Shown here: positions 13,531-26,012 of the stretch, one piece after another | How positions within the stretch are numbered: position 1 is the stretch's first letter | Layout of the letters: each line of letters begins with the position of its first letter | DNA from: Octopus bimaculoides | Taxonomy: Eukaryota | DNA: 48,443 nt | Direction of reading: 5' to 3' | Assembly (NCBI RefSeq): GCF_001194135.2 | Contig: NC_068985.1 | Span: forward strand, 59,972,081 to 60,020,523 | The notes under the pieces: generated by a model | Told to the model about the DNA's origin: nothing | The model's database searches: none | What the model saw: only the letters and a program-made list of their open reading frames with translations | Program-made: the position numbers and the translations under genes

Positions 13531-13629
13531 ATATGGCTTGTGAGTGATAGCTAAAACACACACACATATGGCAATATATATATATATATGTATGAATTAA
13601 TTTTATCGAGCAAAACATCATAATAATGA

Positions 13630-13830
13630 TGTTGTTTGGCCCTGTCCAAGCAGACTAGGGTTAAAGACACTAACTATGACTACGCTGTCTTTTCTCCTGG
13701 AAATAGTGGAACCAAAACTGCATTCTCTCACCTATTGATCCATGTGTATTGTAAAAGCAACATTGTGTGATTTGAGGGAAATTTGGTTGTTATTTCCAAT
13801 AGGTTGAGCAACCTCTTATATATTCCTCAT
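13630..13830 (+). mobile_element. Interspersed repeat family D fragment
   Basis: The motif at(t/c)tggy(t/g)gy(t)atttc..ag..g.cgacc..tagagg recurs at about 12190, 27640, 36515, 39015 and 46485, and inverted at about 29820, 32895 and 40965. Confidence 0.5.
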
Positions 13831-14869
13831 AAAGATTTTTCTTCCAAATGTGAAACCTCTTTTAATATTGGCACAGGTGACTCGTATACAAGGAGGATGT
13901 AATTAGACCACAGGTATACATTTTGCATTGTGTGTATGTGCAACCCTTTTACAATACACTGCCTACATGTTTCAATTTATTTTGGAAATGATAAAGAATT
14001 TGGAGGGATTTCCTAAAATAATTAGCTTTTTTAATGTGTTCGGAATATAAATTAACAGAAGATTTTTTCATAAAATTATTAGCAAAGGTCTTAAATTAGG
14101 TATAGACATTTTGAAAGTTGTATCCTTTAGAACTGAAGGTCATCTCAAGTATGGTGGAAACAATTTTATTTAACATCTTTTAACCTAAGTAGGAAGTTGT
14201 TTATCCTTAAGTAAACATTTATTAATTATTTCATTCTGTGATGTCTAGCTCTGAATATGTTATTTATTCACTAACATCTTCACTCCCTTCTTTCTCACCT
14301 CACATGACTGTATTCAAACTCCACCAAATCTGTTTCATTTCATTTCTTAAAGCATTAGCAGTGTAGGGTGTAAAATACAGTTATGACACCCCAATGGGGA
14401 TGAATAGCACCGAAGAAATAATTTCTGTATGGCTCTGGAATACTGAAACTAAGGTGTGAACATACTTATTTAAACCCCTTCCCCCTGTCAGCACCTTCTG
14501 CTGACCTCTACAAATGCTTGTACAATAATTTTCTGTCAACACTGTTATGATACAATTTTATTGACATTTCAATCTATCTATGCCATGTTATTGTATTTCT
14601 TTGACTAAACTCCAACAATATTTGAATTAACTTGGATTGCTAACATACCAAACCAAAGATTGTAGCTTGTGAATTCACCCTCACACTGCATCACCGCTAT
14701 TTTATCTCTTTTTGTTTCCATCCTGACAATTCCCAGTTGCCATTAAGTTCCACTTCAGTAAGAAATCTTTTCTTTTCTGTCCCTCTTGTCTCTCACTTTA
14801 ACCCTTCCTCTTATAGCATAGCTGCCTCCATCTCTACTGCTACCCCTCTCAGTTGAAGGGGATTTAAAT

Positions 14870-15100
14870 CTTGCAGGCTGCATGATGGCCTCACTTGTGC
14901 TGGTGCCATGAAAAAAAACCAAGCACTCAGTACATCTGTAAAGTGGTTGGTGTTTGGAAGGGAATCTAGCCATAGAAGCTACGTCAAACCAGACATTGTC
15001 ACACAATGCAGTCTTCAGACACATTGGGTCCTGTCAAACCGTCAAACCCATGCCAGCATGGAACAGTGACATTACATGATGAGAGTGTTGATGATAATGA
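14870..15100 (+). mobile_element. RTE-type LINE 3' UTR / tail fragment
   Basis: gctggtgcca..tgtaaagtggttgg..gaaggg..cc.tagaa..tcctgtcaaaccgtcaaacccatgccagcatggaa..gacatta..atgatga matches the 3' UTR that follows the RTE ORF end at 25749. Confidence 0.7.
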
Positions 15101-15246
15101 TGGTCAGCCATTATAACTGCACTAACAATGGGCAAATGTTGAAATTTACAGCAGCCAGTGTTTTCATTCTTACTTGAAAATATTCAGTTTGTTTTACATC
15201 TGTTTTTCTATGCTGGCATGAGTTAGATGAATACATATTGCTGAGA

Positions 15247-15452
15247 TTTCTATCTACCAAATTCATTCACAAGGCATTAGTTATCCTGGGGCTTTCTGCA
15301 GGTTTCTATCTACCTAATTCATTCACAAGGCATTGGTTATCCTGGAGCTATTGTAGAAGACAATTGCCAAGGTGCTGCACAATGGGACTGAACCTAAAAT
15401 CACATGACTGAGAAGCAAGGTTCTTAAAGCAAACTCCCATGCCTGCACTTAC
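15247..15452 (-). mobile_element. SINE family B head with an internal 56-bp tandem duplication
   Basis: tttctatctacc.aattcattcacaaggcatt.gttatcctgg occurs at 15247 and 15303, then gtagaagac..ccaaggtg..gggactgaacc. Confidence 0.7.
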
Positions 15453-15849
15453 AATGTTCAATAAAGTAAAAAGTACCAACTCCCCACTCCACCCACTGTC
15501 CATCACCTGCTCAACAACTTACCAACTAATGTTGACCTAGAGTTAAACAGTCCTATGACACCCACCATCCTCATGAGAGAACTGCGATGATAATGATATT
15601 CTTTTCTCTGCTACAAGCATAAGGTCTGAAATATTGGGGGGAGGGGGCTAAGTCAATTACCTTGGCCCCAGTGCTCAACTGATACTTATTTTATCAACTT
15701 CAAAAGGATGGGGAAAAAATTGACTACTGCAGAATTTGAACTCTGTAAAGCCAGAAGAAATGCTTCTAAATAATTTTGTCTGGTGTGCTAACGATTCTGC
15801 TGCAGGCATAAAGCCTAAAGTTTTGGGGACAGGAGTTAATCTTTGATTC

Positions 15850-16006
15850 AAAGACACATGCCCATCTATCAAAGTCATTGACAAGGCATTGGTCAGCTTG
15901 GGGCTACAATAGAAGAGACTTACCCAAGGTGTGCTGCACTGTGGGACTGAACCTGAAACTATATGGTTGTAAAGCAAGCTTCTTAATCATAGCCATGCCT
16001 GCACCT
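15850..16006 (-). mobile_element. SINE family B, 5' half
   Basis: acaaggcattggtcagc..tagaagagacttacccaaggtg..gggactgaacc..aagcaagcttctt. Confidence 0.7.
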
Positions 16007-16659
16007 ATGAGGAAATATAACAAATTACAAACCTATATTTCCTTATATGTGTCTTATCTTCAGTTTAGTCTATATCCCAGTAAGATATGTTTCCTTGTCA
16101 TTTACAGTTGTCCACACCCTCACATTCTATAAATGACATCAATAATATTTTTTTTATTGCTAATTTATTAATGTTATTTTAATTTTTTAAATGTTTTTCT
16201 TTATCAAATTATAAAAACCCTTTTGGTTATCAGTTGGAAAGAAATTGTTTATACAACACTTGCAACTCTGAAGAATTACAGAAATGTTCTGTAATTCCTT
16301 TCATTCTGATAGCACTGGAACCACAATTGATTATCTTTAGGTCAAAATCTTCAGTTTTTTTTTAAGAGGTTTAGTGGTAGATGGTGATGACAAAAGGGAG
16401 GCAAGATGGTTTGGGGTGAAAGGAACAAGAGTATGATGGTAGAGACAACAATATGGGTAAGGAGTGGGAGAGTAGAGAGAGATAGAAAAAGAATGTTGAC
16501 TGTTAGTAAAGAAGGGCAACAGCTGGATACACTGAGTGCCAGATAGTCGGAGTGGGGATGAGTACAGATATGTCCAGTGTCATTCCTTGTTATACAAATG
16601 GTATGGGACATTGGGAACTGATGTAAAGAGTCAGGCATGTCCTTACAGCCAAAAACCAA

Positions 16660-16865
16660 GGTTCCACATAAAAAGTATTGGTGCCATGCACCTAGTACAC
16701 TTTGTAAAGTGGTTGGCAATAGAAGAGCATCCAACTGTAGAAACCAAGCCAAAACAAACTATGGAACTTGTTGCCTCCCCTGGCCTTGCCAGTTCCTGTC
16801 AAACCACCCAACCCATGTCAGTATGGAAAAGACATTAAATGTTGATAATGATGACAGCATGATAC
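16660..16865 (+). mobile_element. RTE-type LINE 3' tail fragment
   Basis: Same tail motifs as 14870-15100 and 25750-26012. Confidence 0.65.
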
Positions 16866-16984
16866 AGTGAATATCAAGAGGGATGGTAGACAGCAGATAT
16901 CGTCTCAGTTGGGGTTTATTGAGCAAAGAAACCCAAATATACCCAGCTTCTATCACTCCCAACATTTCAATATTTGTTTCTAGC

Positions 16985-17690
16985 ATTGCATGTCACCAAT
17001 CATCATGATTTCCTGTCATCTCTTCCCTGAGGTCCAATATCTTGAGATCAGTTTTCACCATTTCATCCCATGTCTTCTTGGTTCTTCTTCTTCCTCAGGT
17101 TCTATCCACTTTAGCCCCTGCATCTCTTCCTACAGCTGTCATACATATGCATTACATGCCTGTATCAGCTCAGTCTTTTCTCTCTGGTACACAACATTTA
17201 ATTCCTCTTATGAACAGCTTATATTCCATCATTCATGCAGACTAGTGTTATCCAGCAAAACATGTTGGTTCCATTTCTCTCTACCCCATGTCCCACTACC
17301 ATGCATCATCGAACTTCAAATACAGGCATCATACAGCCACCCCTTCACTCTGAAAGAGAAATCTTTTTTCTCTTTTAGCTATAGAGGTAATAGTTGTCTG
17401 AACTTCTTCGTCTGTTCTTATGTTCACTGGTAATTAGGTCCCCTAGATAACAGAAGTTATCAGCTACTTTTAGGGAAACATCAAAGCATTTGAGAGAATC
17501 TTTTTCGCATGTGTTTCTTGTATTTATTGCTTCTAAACATCTGCCACATGTAAAGTCTACCCTCCCTAATAGGCTTCCTCTGTTTCCACTATATCCATAG
17601 TTTACACAGAGTACACTGAATGGAGTTTCTATCTGCTCCCTCTCTGCATAGAGAGCAAAGCCATTTCCCTGACTTACAGAATATCTCTTC
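16985..17690 (-). mobile_element. Decayed RTE-clade non-LTR retrotransposon, C-terminal part of the RT ORF
   Basis: Minus-strand frames give LKVADNFCYLGDLI, FSFRVKGWLYDACI and KTWDEMVKTDLKILDL, which match the RTE-clade motifs FCYLGD, RVKGRLYDACVR and RPRKTWDEVV. Frameshifts and stops are present. Confidence 0.8.
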
Positions 17691-18273
17691 AACACAAATG
17701 AATCAATGAAGGAACCTCTACATGGTATGTAAACACATACATGTACAAATCAATATGTCTAGTAACTGATGTTACTAAAACAAAATTTCACAAACCTGGT
17801 CCCAACAGCAGTGATGACATGCCTGTGACCAATCATGGGTTCTATGGTTGCAAAGGTTTATCTTTAAACATTTACCTAAAACTAAAATACATGTAGACAT
17901 TTTACCCAAGTGCCAAGATTATTAAAGAAATTAAAGTTTTGATATGTCAGGTTAAAATGGTTTACTGTGACTGAGCTGCAGTTTTGGAGGTTCTGGAGAA
18001 GGAATTCATGAATGTTAATTGAGAATATGTTAAGAATGAGTCTCAAGATCATTATGTCATGATGTATTAATATAATAGTAATAGATGTTAGTTGGTTGAT
18101 TGCTCCAGTCATGCTTTACATTGTATAGAGAGGGGTGGGGAGAGAGAATTAGCATAGGAGGTGCAGGGTGAATGCACATATGAGGCTTGGTGGCAGGCAA
18201 TAACTTTCTGAAAAATATACGATTTATAAAGAAAATTTGCAGAGGTAGGTTCTTGGAGTAGATTGCAATTATA

Positions 18274-18642
18274 CTCTCTTTACTCTTTTACTTGTTTCAG
18301 TCATTTGACTGCGGCCATCCTGGAGCACTGCCTTTAATCGAGCAAGTTGACCCCAGCACTTATTCTTTGGAAGCCTAGTACTTATTCTATCGGTCTCTTT
18401 TGCCGAACCGCAAAGTTACGGGGACGTAAACACAAGCGATGTTGGGGGGACAAACATATGCACACACATACATATATACGACGGGCTTCTTTAAGTTTCC
18501 GTCTACCAAATCCACTCACAAGGCTTTGGTTGGCCTGAGGCTATAGTAGAAGACACTTGACCAAAGTGTCACACAGTGGGACTGAACCCAGAACCGTGTG
18601 GTTGGTAAGCAAGCTACTTACCACACAGCCACTCCTGCACCT
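18274..18642 (-). mobile_element. SINE family B, full-length and relatively young copy (tRNA head, central domain, microsatellite, tail)
   Basis: Complete from ggctgtgtggtaagtagcttg to gaaacaagtaaaagagtaaagagag on the minus strand; keeps most CpGs. Confidence 0.88.
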
Positions 18643-20014
18643 ATGTTTATAAAATTTAGAAAAATAGTACTGTATATTTATTGCAAGTATACAAATGAGA
18701 AATTTATTTTAATTTTATTCTAAGGTAATAAATATCTTTCTTTCAAAAATTAGTTTTTATTTCATAGTTTTGTATATGCACCTAGAAATGTGATAAAAGT
18801 TAAATTATAATTATTGCATATATACCTTAGTTTATGATGTCTCCCATGATGGCAAAATTATACATGCAAAGTTACCTGTCACATAACAGGTAACACTCAT
18901 GAAATAAAATGTTTTTTTTTTCCTCCCTTCCCTAGCGTCATACTGGTAACTATTTTATCACACACCCACTCGTTTCAGAGAGTTGATTATTACATAAGTA
19001 CGAAGGCTTGGCAGATCAACAATAAAGATGGAACGTTGTGATATTCATGCTGTGAAGTAAAAAGGTTTTGGGCAATTCCAAACAGGTTGTAGATTTGTTG
19101 GTTTTAATTATAGTTATATTTCTTTTCTTTTCTTCTTTTGTGACTTAGTCAAAAGAGGAAAAGACAACAGCCACATATAGAGAGACTGGGGGAGGATGAA
19201 GCACATCAAGATATAGTTATCTTGCAAAAGAGTGGACTTAGCTAAAGACATACAAGAACAAGGAGGTGGTGTGAAAAGCCAAGAGGCACATTAAGTCTAC
19301 CATCCAAACACAGATGCAGTCTGTCTGACCGAATTTTACTCACAAGGCTTGGGTTAGCCTGAGTCTATGGTAGGAGACATTTACTTAATGTATCTTGCAG
19401 TGGATCGAACCCAAATATCAGGAAGGGCATCAAGCCATAGGAAATCTTGTCTTAACAAAGTTTTGTCTCATCCGTGCAAGAATGGAGAAGTAGACATCAA
19501 AATAATGATAAACAAAAATTGTGCTACACCTTTGGAATTATGAACAAGTTATAGTTAATTGTTGAATTACATTTAGTAAAGATTCCAGCAGGGGCTTTGA
19601 AGAGACAAGGGGCAATATTTTGTATTCAGCAGGCATAGCAGTTTAAAATGATTCTGTCTTCTGGCCTTCTGTTTTGGTGTTGATCCAACACAAACAACAT
19701 AGTGAATTTGTGAAGTCATTAGAACATCAAATACTTCATATTTGTTCTGCTTGTCTATGCTCTGAGTTCAAATCCCATTGACATTAGCTTTTCTTCTCAT
19801 CCTTTTAGTGTTAGTAAAAAAAACAATTCTGAGGTGGTGGATTGGTATAACTGTAATAATGTCAGACAAAATGCTATGTGGTACTTGTTCCAGCTCTTTG
19901 CATTCTCAGTTCAAATCTTACTATAACACATACCATACTTGCTCACATACCAGAAATAATGACCAGATTTACTCATATCACACAGTACAGTCTTAAAACA
20001 AGAAGTAAGCTGAA

Positions 20015-21377
20015 TATGAAGTCTTTTCAAAAAAAAAAACTGTTATTGCATTAATTACAATTTAATCAGATTTGTTTCCTTCAAGACTGTTACCTTCCTC
20101 TGTTGACACACCACCACTCCAACAGTTTTAGGATGGGGGAGTTCTTCTGTTTTGGTTATGTGTTTGCATCAGATGGTGCTCAATTCTTTTCAAATGGAGT
20201 GGCTGTGTGGCAAGAGACACTTCATGCTCTGTTGAATAGTTAAAGATAAGGAATGACACATGAACAGATGTATTGTCATGGTGTAACATCCAGGCTTTGT
20301 TCACTCAATCCTCGGGTGTTTTTCACACATCCTTTTCCACACATTTCAGGACATCCAATAAAATACTTTATCGATTATTTGACCATATAAAACAAACTTC
20401 CAACACCTCATGGAGGCAATGACAAATGACCAAGACCTTTGGCATTATGCCGTGCTTTGAAGACCCATCAACCCAGTTGTGGCAGATATTGGTGTCACAC
20501 AAATGGTACCTGTACTGGTGACACATAAAGGCACCCATTTACATTCTTGGAGTGGTTGGTATTAGGAAAGGCATCTAGTCATTGAAACCATGCCAAATCA
20601 GATTGGAATCTGGTGCAACTTTCCAGCTTGCCAGTCCTGGTCAAACTGTACAACCGATACTAGCACAGATAACAGACGTTAAATAATGATAATGACCCAC
20701 TGTGTTATCTGCCTTTTTTGTTTCAATATCACAGCCATACACCAACATTCCATCATCTATCATGATACTTCTTAGAAAATTTACATCAACATTCAAAAGA
20801 TCAGTCACTGCCAGACAGTAATTTGGTCTTCTCTTCATAAATTTTGTGCATCTTCAATTTCTCTTTTAAAATTATGTTGCATAATTTTTTATTGATGCTT
20901 GCTTATTTCTTCAGAAACTTCAGAGACAATCGTGCAATGATCTTTCACAATTTACAACACACTTTCTCAATTTTCTCAGTTCACAGCACACTTTCTCAAT
21001 GTAAGCATCATCTGTTGTCGTGGAATATTGTTCAGATTCGGAGGTTCTTCCCAATTTGACATGTAAGCACTACTTGTGACATTGCACACAACTCTTTCAA
21101 CAGAGCAGTTGCAATATCAAAAAAGTTTCCATAACAGTTTTTCTTGGTTTGAAATAGAATTTCACACAAACTTATTACTCTACCAAATCTTTCATTGTTC
21201 TATTTGCAGCAAATCACCAAATGCACTAAGCATACATTCATTTTAACACTTCGTGGTTTTGATTAAACTGAAGCTCAAAGTTGCCCATACACAGCACTAC
21301 TGTCACAAGAACCCTGTTCCAGCTGGATTTGGACACTTTTTTTAAAAGTCTCAATTTCTCTATGGACAGATCTCGTA
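20015..21377 (-). mobile_element. Decayed mariner (Tc1/mariner) DNA transposon interrupted by an RTE tail
   Basis: Minus-strand remnants: VCVKFYFKPRKTVMETF (N-terminal HTH), NFLRSIMIDDGMLVYGCDIETK (compare mariner FLKRIITGDETWVYGYDxETK) and AWMLHHDNTSVH (compare WILHHDNAPAH). Degenerate TIRs ta|tgaagtcttttcaaaa and ggacagatctcg|ta, each flanked by TA. Confidence 0.8.
20401..20697 (+). mobile_element. RTE-type LINE 3' end nested in the mariner
   Basis: LMEAMTNDQDLWHYAVL (RTE C-terminus) followed by the 3' UTR motifs and a tgataatga tail; mariner sequence resumes on both sides. Confidence 0.75.
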
Positions 21378-21769
21378 TAAAAAGACAGGATGGTCACAAC
21401 TGGAAAACTTTTGATCAAAGATCTGCTTAACTGTGTCAGATATAGGGTAAACATTTCTTCATGTTGCAACAGGAAGCAGATCCTATCAAGCTAAATTCAG
21501 ATAAGAAATGAACAGAATTTTCTCTTAATCTTAAATTATATCTGAAGAAATAGCTTACAATCACTTTTTAAATATATCTCCAAAAGTCTGAGTAGGATAG
21601 CAAGAGAGAGAGTTTACGTATGTGATCATGAAGTTGGGTGTGTATGTGTTTATTCAATGATCCATCCACCTACTCAACCGACATCAAATTGTACCTGAAA
21701 TATATTTACATTTTAAACTGTAAATGTTTTGAGCCACCACAAAAGTTTTCATTTTTTTTTTTAATTTGT

Positions 21770-22330
21770 TTATTTGTTCGTCTAGATATTGTTTTGATTT
21801 GCCAGGTTCCCTCCTTTCTGTTAATACCAACTTTAATTCTTGCAACCTTCATCCTCATCAAAATGGAATCTCTGTTCAAAGTTAACACCCTACTGTGTAA
21901 TAATATAAACACAAAACTTCTGAAGCTTGGGTTTTCAATCTCTACAACAAGCATGTTTGATGCAAGGGATGTTGGCATTGGTCTAAAATGATGAAACAGT
22001 TTTCCAAAGAATTTATCAGATTATATACAGTCATTGTTTTAAGGTGTGAGGAGAATGCTTATAATGTCAGTGATATTGGTTAATATTAAACCAAGATTAG
22101 ACTTGTTAATCTGCTGTAAAAAAAGCCATTGAAGGTCATGTAAGCTATATTGCTGTTGAGATTAAATTCACATCTTGACAAATACTGTTGAAAGCTTGTC
22201 TGTCACGCTTTGACTAGAGAAACTTTGAAACCTGACTAAAAGTAAGATGAAATGCTGTCAATCACTGGCAATGTTACTGCTGTCTCTTTTATCCTCTACA
22301 TTTAATAACATCTTTCAGCAAGTAAGTTAC
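21770..22330 (-). mobile_element. Possible heavily decayed Penelope-like RT fragment
   Basis: Weak motif resemblance on the minus strand (NSNIAYMTFNGFFY, ENCFIILD, KSKQYL vs Penelope NNYFTFNGKFY, DDCFII, TxxxQYL); many stops. Confidence 0.35.
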
Positions 22331-22569
22331 TAAGTTTCATTTGACATTCAAATATTCCTACTGTTTCATTAAGAAATGCTATTAAGTCTATTATAAAACA
22401 AAAGGACAGCACGCACATCATGCAGAGATCACTTAGTATGACACTAAATATGACAACATGCAATGTTAGTGTTTATTTCTGGATTCAGTCCTGTTAAACG
22501 GGTTAGAAAAATGCTTAGTCCTTGATAAAATGTATTTTATTATTTTATATCATGCAAGAAAAGTGGTTT

Positions 22570-22775
22570 AGCAGAATTGTAAGAGTATCAGGCAAAATAT
22601 CTTGCTGTTTTTGTTTCGTCTCTTTAACATTCTGAGCTCAAATCCTGCCAAGGTCAGTTTTACCTTTCATCCTGAAGGTATAAAAGTACCTGTTGAGTGC
22701 GGGGGATAATGGTATTAACTGTCTCCTTGCCCTCTAGATTGTTGGCCTTGTATCTGAATTAGAAACAATTTATAT
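22570..22775 (+). mobile_element. SINE family C copy
   Basis: gcagaattgt..ttctgagctcaaatcctgccaaggtcag..tttcatcct..aaagtacc..ttggccttgta..ttagaaacaatt matches the family C copies at 28053-29053. Confidence 0.65.
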
Positions 22776-22936
22776 CGTGCACTTTGAAAACAATTTTATC
22801 ATTGGTTATTTAAGTTTCCAATCAGCCAATTGCTGGTTCATTGTACTTCTAGTCTGAGTAATTCAAGCAGATTAAATACCACAAAATATTTTATTTGACA
22901 TACCAGTTTATTGGTTTTTCTCACTAATATACGTCA

Positions 22937-22981
<45 letters not shown>

Positions 22982-23485
22982 NNNNNNNNNNNNNNNNNNN
23001 NNNNNNNNNNNNNNNNNNNNNNNNNNNNNNNNNNNNNNNNNNNNNNNNNNNNNNNNNNNNNNNNNNNNNNNNNNNNNNNNNNNNNNNNNNNNNNNNNNNN
23101 NNNNNNNNNNNNNNNNNNNNNNNNNNNNNNNNNNNNNNNNNNNNNNNNNNNNNNNNNNNNNNNNNNNNNNNNNNNNNNNNNNNNNNNNNNNNNNNNNNNN
23201 NNNNNNNNNNNNNNNNNNNNNNNNNNNNNNNNNNNNNNNNNNNNNNNNNNNNNNNNNNNNNNNNNNNNNNNNNNNNNNNNNNNNNNNNNNNNNNNNNNNN
23301 NNNNNNNNNNNNNNNNNNNNNNNNNNNNNNNNNNNNNNNNNNNNNNNNNNNNNNNNNNNNNNNNNNNNNNNNNNNNNNNNNNNNNNNNNNNNNNNNNNNN
23401 NNNNNNNNNNNNNNNNNNNNNNNNNNNNNNNNNNNNNNNNNNNNNATTCTTCGTTTTATTTGCTTTTTTCATTTTAAATTTGCTT

Positions 23486-23775
23486 TAACCCTAACCCTAA
23501 CCCTAGGGTTAGGGTTAGAGTTAGGGTTAGGGTTAATTGTTTCAGAATCGTTTGTTTATGTAGTCGGCACTTAATGTATATCGGCTGAATGGACGTCAGT
23601 GATTGGTTGAAATTACAGAAATACGACAACTTTAACATGGAATAATTTATGGATTTCTTTTTTTTTTAAGAAGACTAAGAGAAAAAGATGTTTTATATGA
23701 CACATTCTACCAGTGATCCAATTTTCAAAGTGTTTCGTTAATGAAAAATGTGGCCCCCGTTTTAAAAAAGATCCC
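23486..23775 (-). mobile_element. Second copy or relative of the telomere-motif element
   Basis: (CCCTAA)3-(TTAGGG)5 palindrome at one end. gacgtcagtgattggttgaaattacagaaatacgacaacttt is the reverse complement of the 6750-6791 motif. CpG-rich compared with its flanks. Confidence 0.6.
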
Positions 23776-24414
23776 AGAGTTTCTCACAGCTAGATACTGT
23801 CGCCAACCCTCACCTGTTTCCAAACAAGGTGATATTTCCCTATAGTCCAGAATATTGCAAAGAAATGATTCCATTTGTATGACAGTGACATTTGTTTACA
23901 ATTCAAGACTAATAAACATATACATACATCAATCAATCGGCCAAACCAGATATTTTTGTTTGGATAGACAAGTAAAAACAGGTACCGTCATAGAGGTCAG
24001 CTGTCTTGCTGATGTGAATATCTCTTTGAAAATCAAAGAGAAAGAAGGTAACAACTGCTTCAAAACCTCCAGCTTCTATATCTGAATTACAAATTTACAT
24101 TTGTACCAATAGTAATTGGAGCACTTGGATTTGTAAGTAAATACCTAATTCTCAGTCTGGATAAGCTTGAATTTTCAGAAAAAGAACTTAACCAGCTGAA
24201 TCACACATTACAAATGCAATCTGTAAGTGGAACAGTAAAATTATGCAAGACTTTTCTCATGATTAAAGTGTGACACTGTTTCCATTATATACATTTCAAA
24301 GATGGACTTCTGTATCTTTTTTAGAAACCAGCTCCTGCTTCAGAGGAAGAATTTGAATGTTTAAATACAGAAGAGATGCACGTGTGTGTGTGTGTATACA
24401 CAAACACAAAAGAG

Positions 24415-24565
24415 GCCTTTTTTGATTCCCTCTACCAAATTCACTCACAAAGCTTTGGTGAACTTGGGGTTATAGTAGAAGACACCTGACTAAGGTGCTA
24501 TACCATGGAACTGAGCCCAAACCACATGACTAGGAAGCAGTCTTCTTAACTATACATTCATACCT
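24415..24565 (-). mobile_element. SINE family B, 5' half
   Basis: ctaccaaattcactcacaaagctttgg..tatagtagaagacac..aaggtg..aaaccacatg..ggaagca. Confidence 0.7.
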
Positions 24566-25620
24566 GTAATGCTTCTATTAGATTCACATTGGTAGCATTT
24601 TAACTATTATTCAAAATGGGACAGCTCTATCCGAGTTTGCATATGCTATGAATAAATTTAAGCTATTATTCTCTCTGTGTACCAAATACGAGTACCCAGT
24701 CTCTGATAAGGTGTTAATAAATACTATAAGTTGTCATATCTGATGTCATTTTTTGGCCACAGTGATAAAAACAAAGCCACATAGTTTAAGTACAGTATCT
24801 CGTTATCTATACAACACTAGAAATGTATGCTTACTAAAAGTACCCTATGAGTTTATCTTCTTTTGGTATTGGTATACCACATTAGATAATAGATCTGCAC
24901 TTGGAAAGCCTTGCTGTGTTGAAACTATGTGGCAAGGCTGAAATGTCTTTTTCCAAGGTGCAGATGTGGACAATCTCCTATAATAATACTCTTGTGTATT
25001 TCTCCGTCACAACATATGAATGAGAAAGGAAGGGGTGATGGCAAACTCAGTAGTCGGATGATGGAAGTTCTACGGTGAAAAAAAAATCAAACAGCATTTC
25101 AACTCATGAGTATATGTGTGTGTGTAAAAGAGGAATTATGTGAATGTGTGTGTGTGTGTGTGTAATGGAAGTGGGATAGTGAACATTCAATGCTGAAAAG
25201 AAAAATCAAATAGTGTTTCAACTGTGTGTGTGTACAAAGGAAGTATGTGGATATTTGTATTTGATTATTATGTACCTTATATATAAAATACTACAATTAG
25301 CTGTCACTTTTGATTGCACGGGGCCAGATAGTATTGTATAAAAGACCAACTGTTGACCATGTAGTAGGTCATCTTTGACTAAAGGAAAAGTAAATATTGG
25401 TATAGCTTGTCACAGAAATTGCTAGAATGACACTGAAGAGAACACTGGATTTGGATTGCATTAGGGACTCCAGTTTCTGGTTAATTAAATCAACCCCAGT
25501 GCTTGACATATATCTTACAACTCTGACTTAATCTCTGGATTATATTTTGTCTGGCAACATTAATCTTTAGTTATTACTGCTGTTAAGTATTGGTCTATAT
25601 TTGTTATGGTAGCCTTATTT

Positions 25621-26012
25621 GGTAGACCAAGGAAGACATTGAATGAAATGGTGAGAAAGGATCTCCAAACGTTGGGCCTCACAGAGGAGATAAGAGACCA
25701 AGACTTCTGGCAGTTTGCTGTGCTTGAGAAGACACATCAAGCTAAGTAAAGTCATGGCCATCTGTGCATATAGGTATATCCTCTACATCCCTCTCTCAGC
25801 TGAGAGGTCCTAGTCTTGCAGGCTCGTGGGTGCTGGTGCCACATTTAAAGTACCCAGTACACTTTGTAAAATGGTTGGCATGAGGAAGGGCATCCTGCCA
25901 TAGAAACATGCCAAAACAGACAAATGGAACCCAAGCAGCTCTCCAGCTGGTCAGCTCCTGTCAAACCATCCAACCCATGCCAGCAGAGAGAGCAGACTTT
26001 AAATTTATGATG
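25621..26012 (+). mobile_element. RTE-clade LINE 3' end (ORF C-terminus plus 3' UTR)
   Basis: 25621-25749 reads GRPRKTLNEMVRKDLQTLGLTEEIRDQDFWQFAVLEKTHQAK*, a typical RTE RT C-terminus, followed by the 3' UTR and atgatga tail. Confidence 0.85.

Noticed and set aside
14736-14747. GTT GCC ATT AAG (VAIK) as SIK exon 2
   Set aside because: No AG immediately before the Val codon, and it continues FHFSK rather than IIDK.
16660-17690. Twin-priming inversion joining the + RTE tail and the - RTE ORF
   Set aside because: The geometry is tail-to-tail with about 120 bp between; more simply two separate insertions.
23486-23535. Ancient telomere-fusion site or chromosome end
   Set aside because: The repeat order is opposite to a fusion junction, the tract is very short, and it is linked to a dispersed element also found at 6686.
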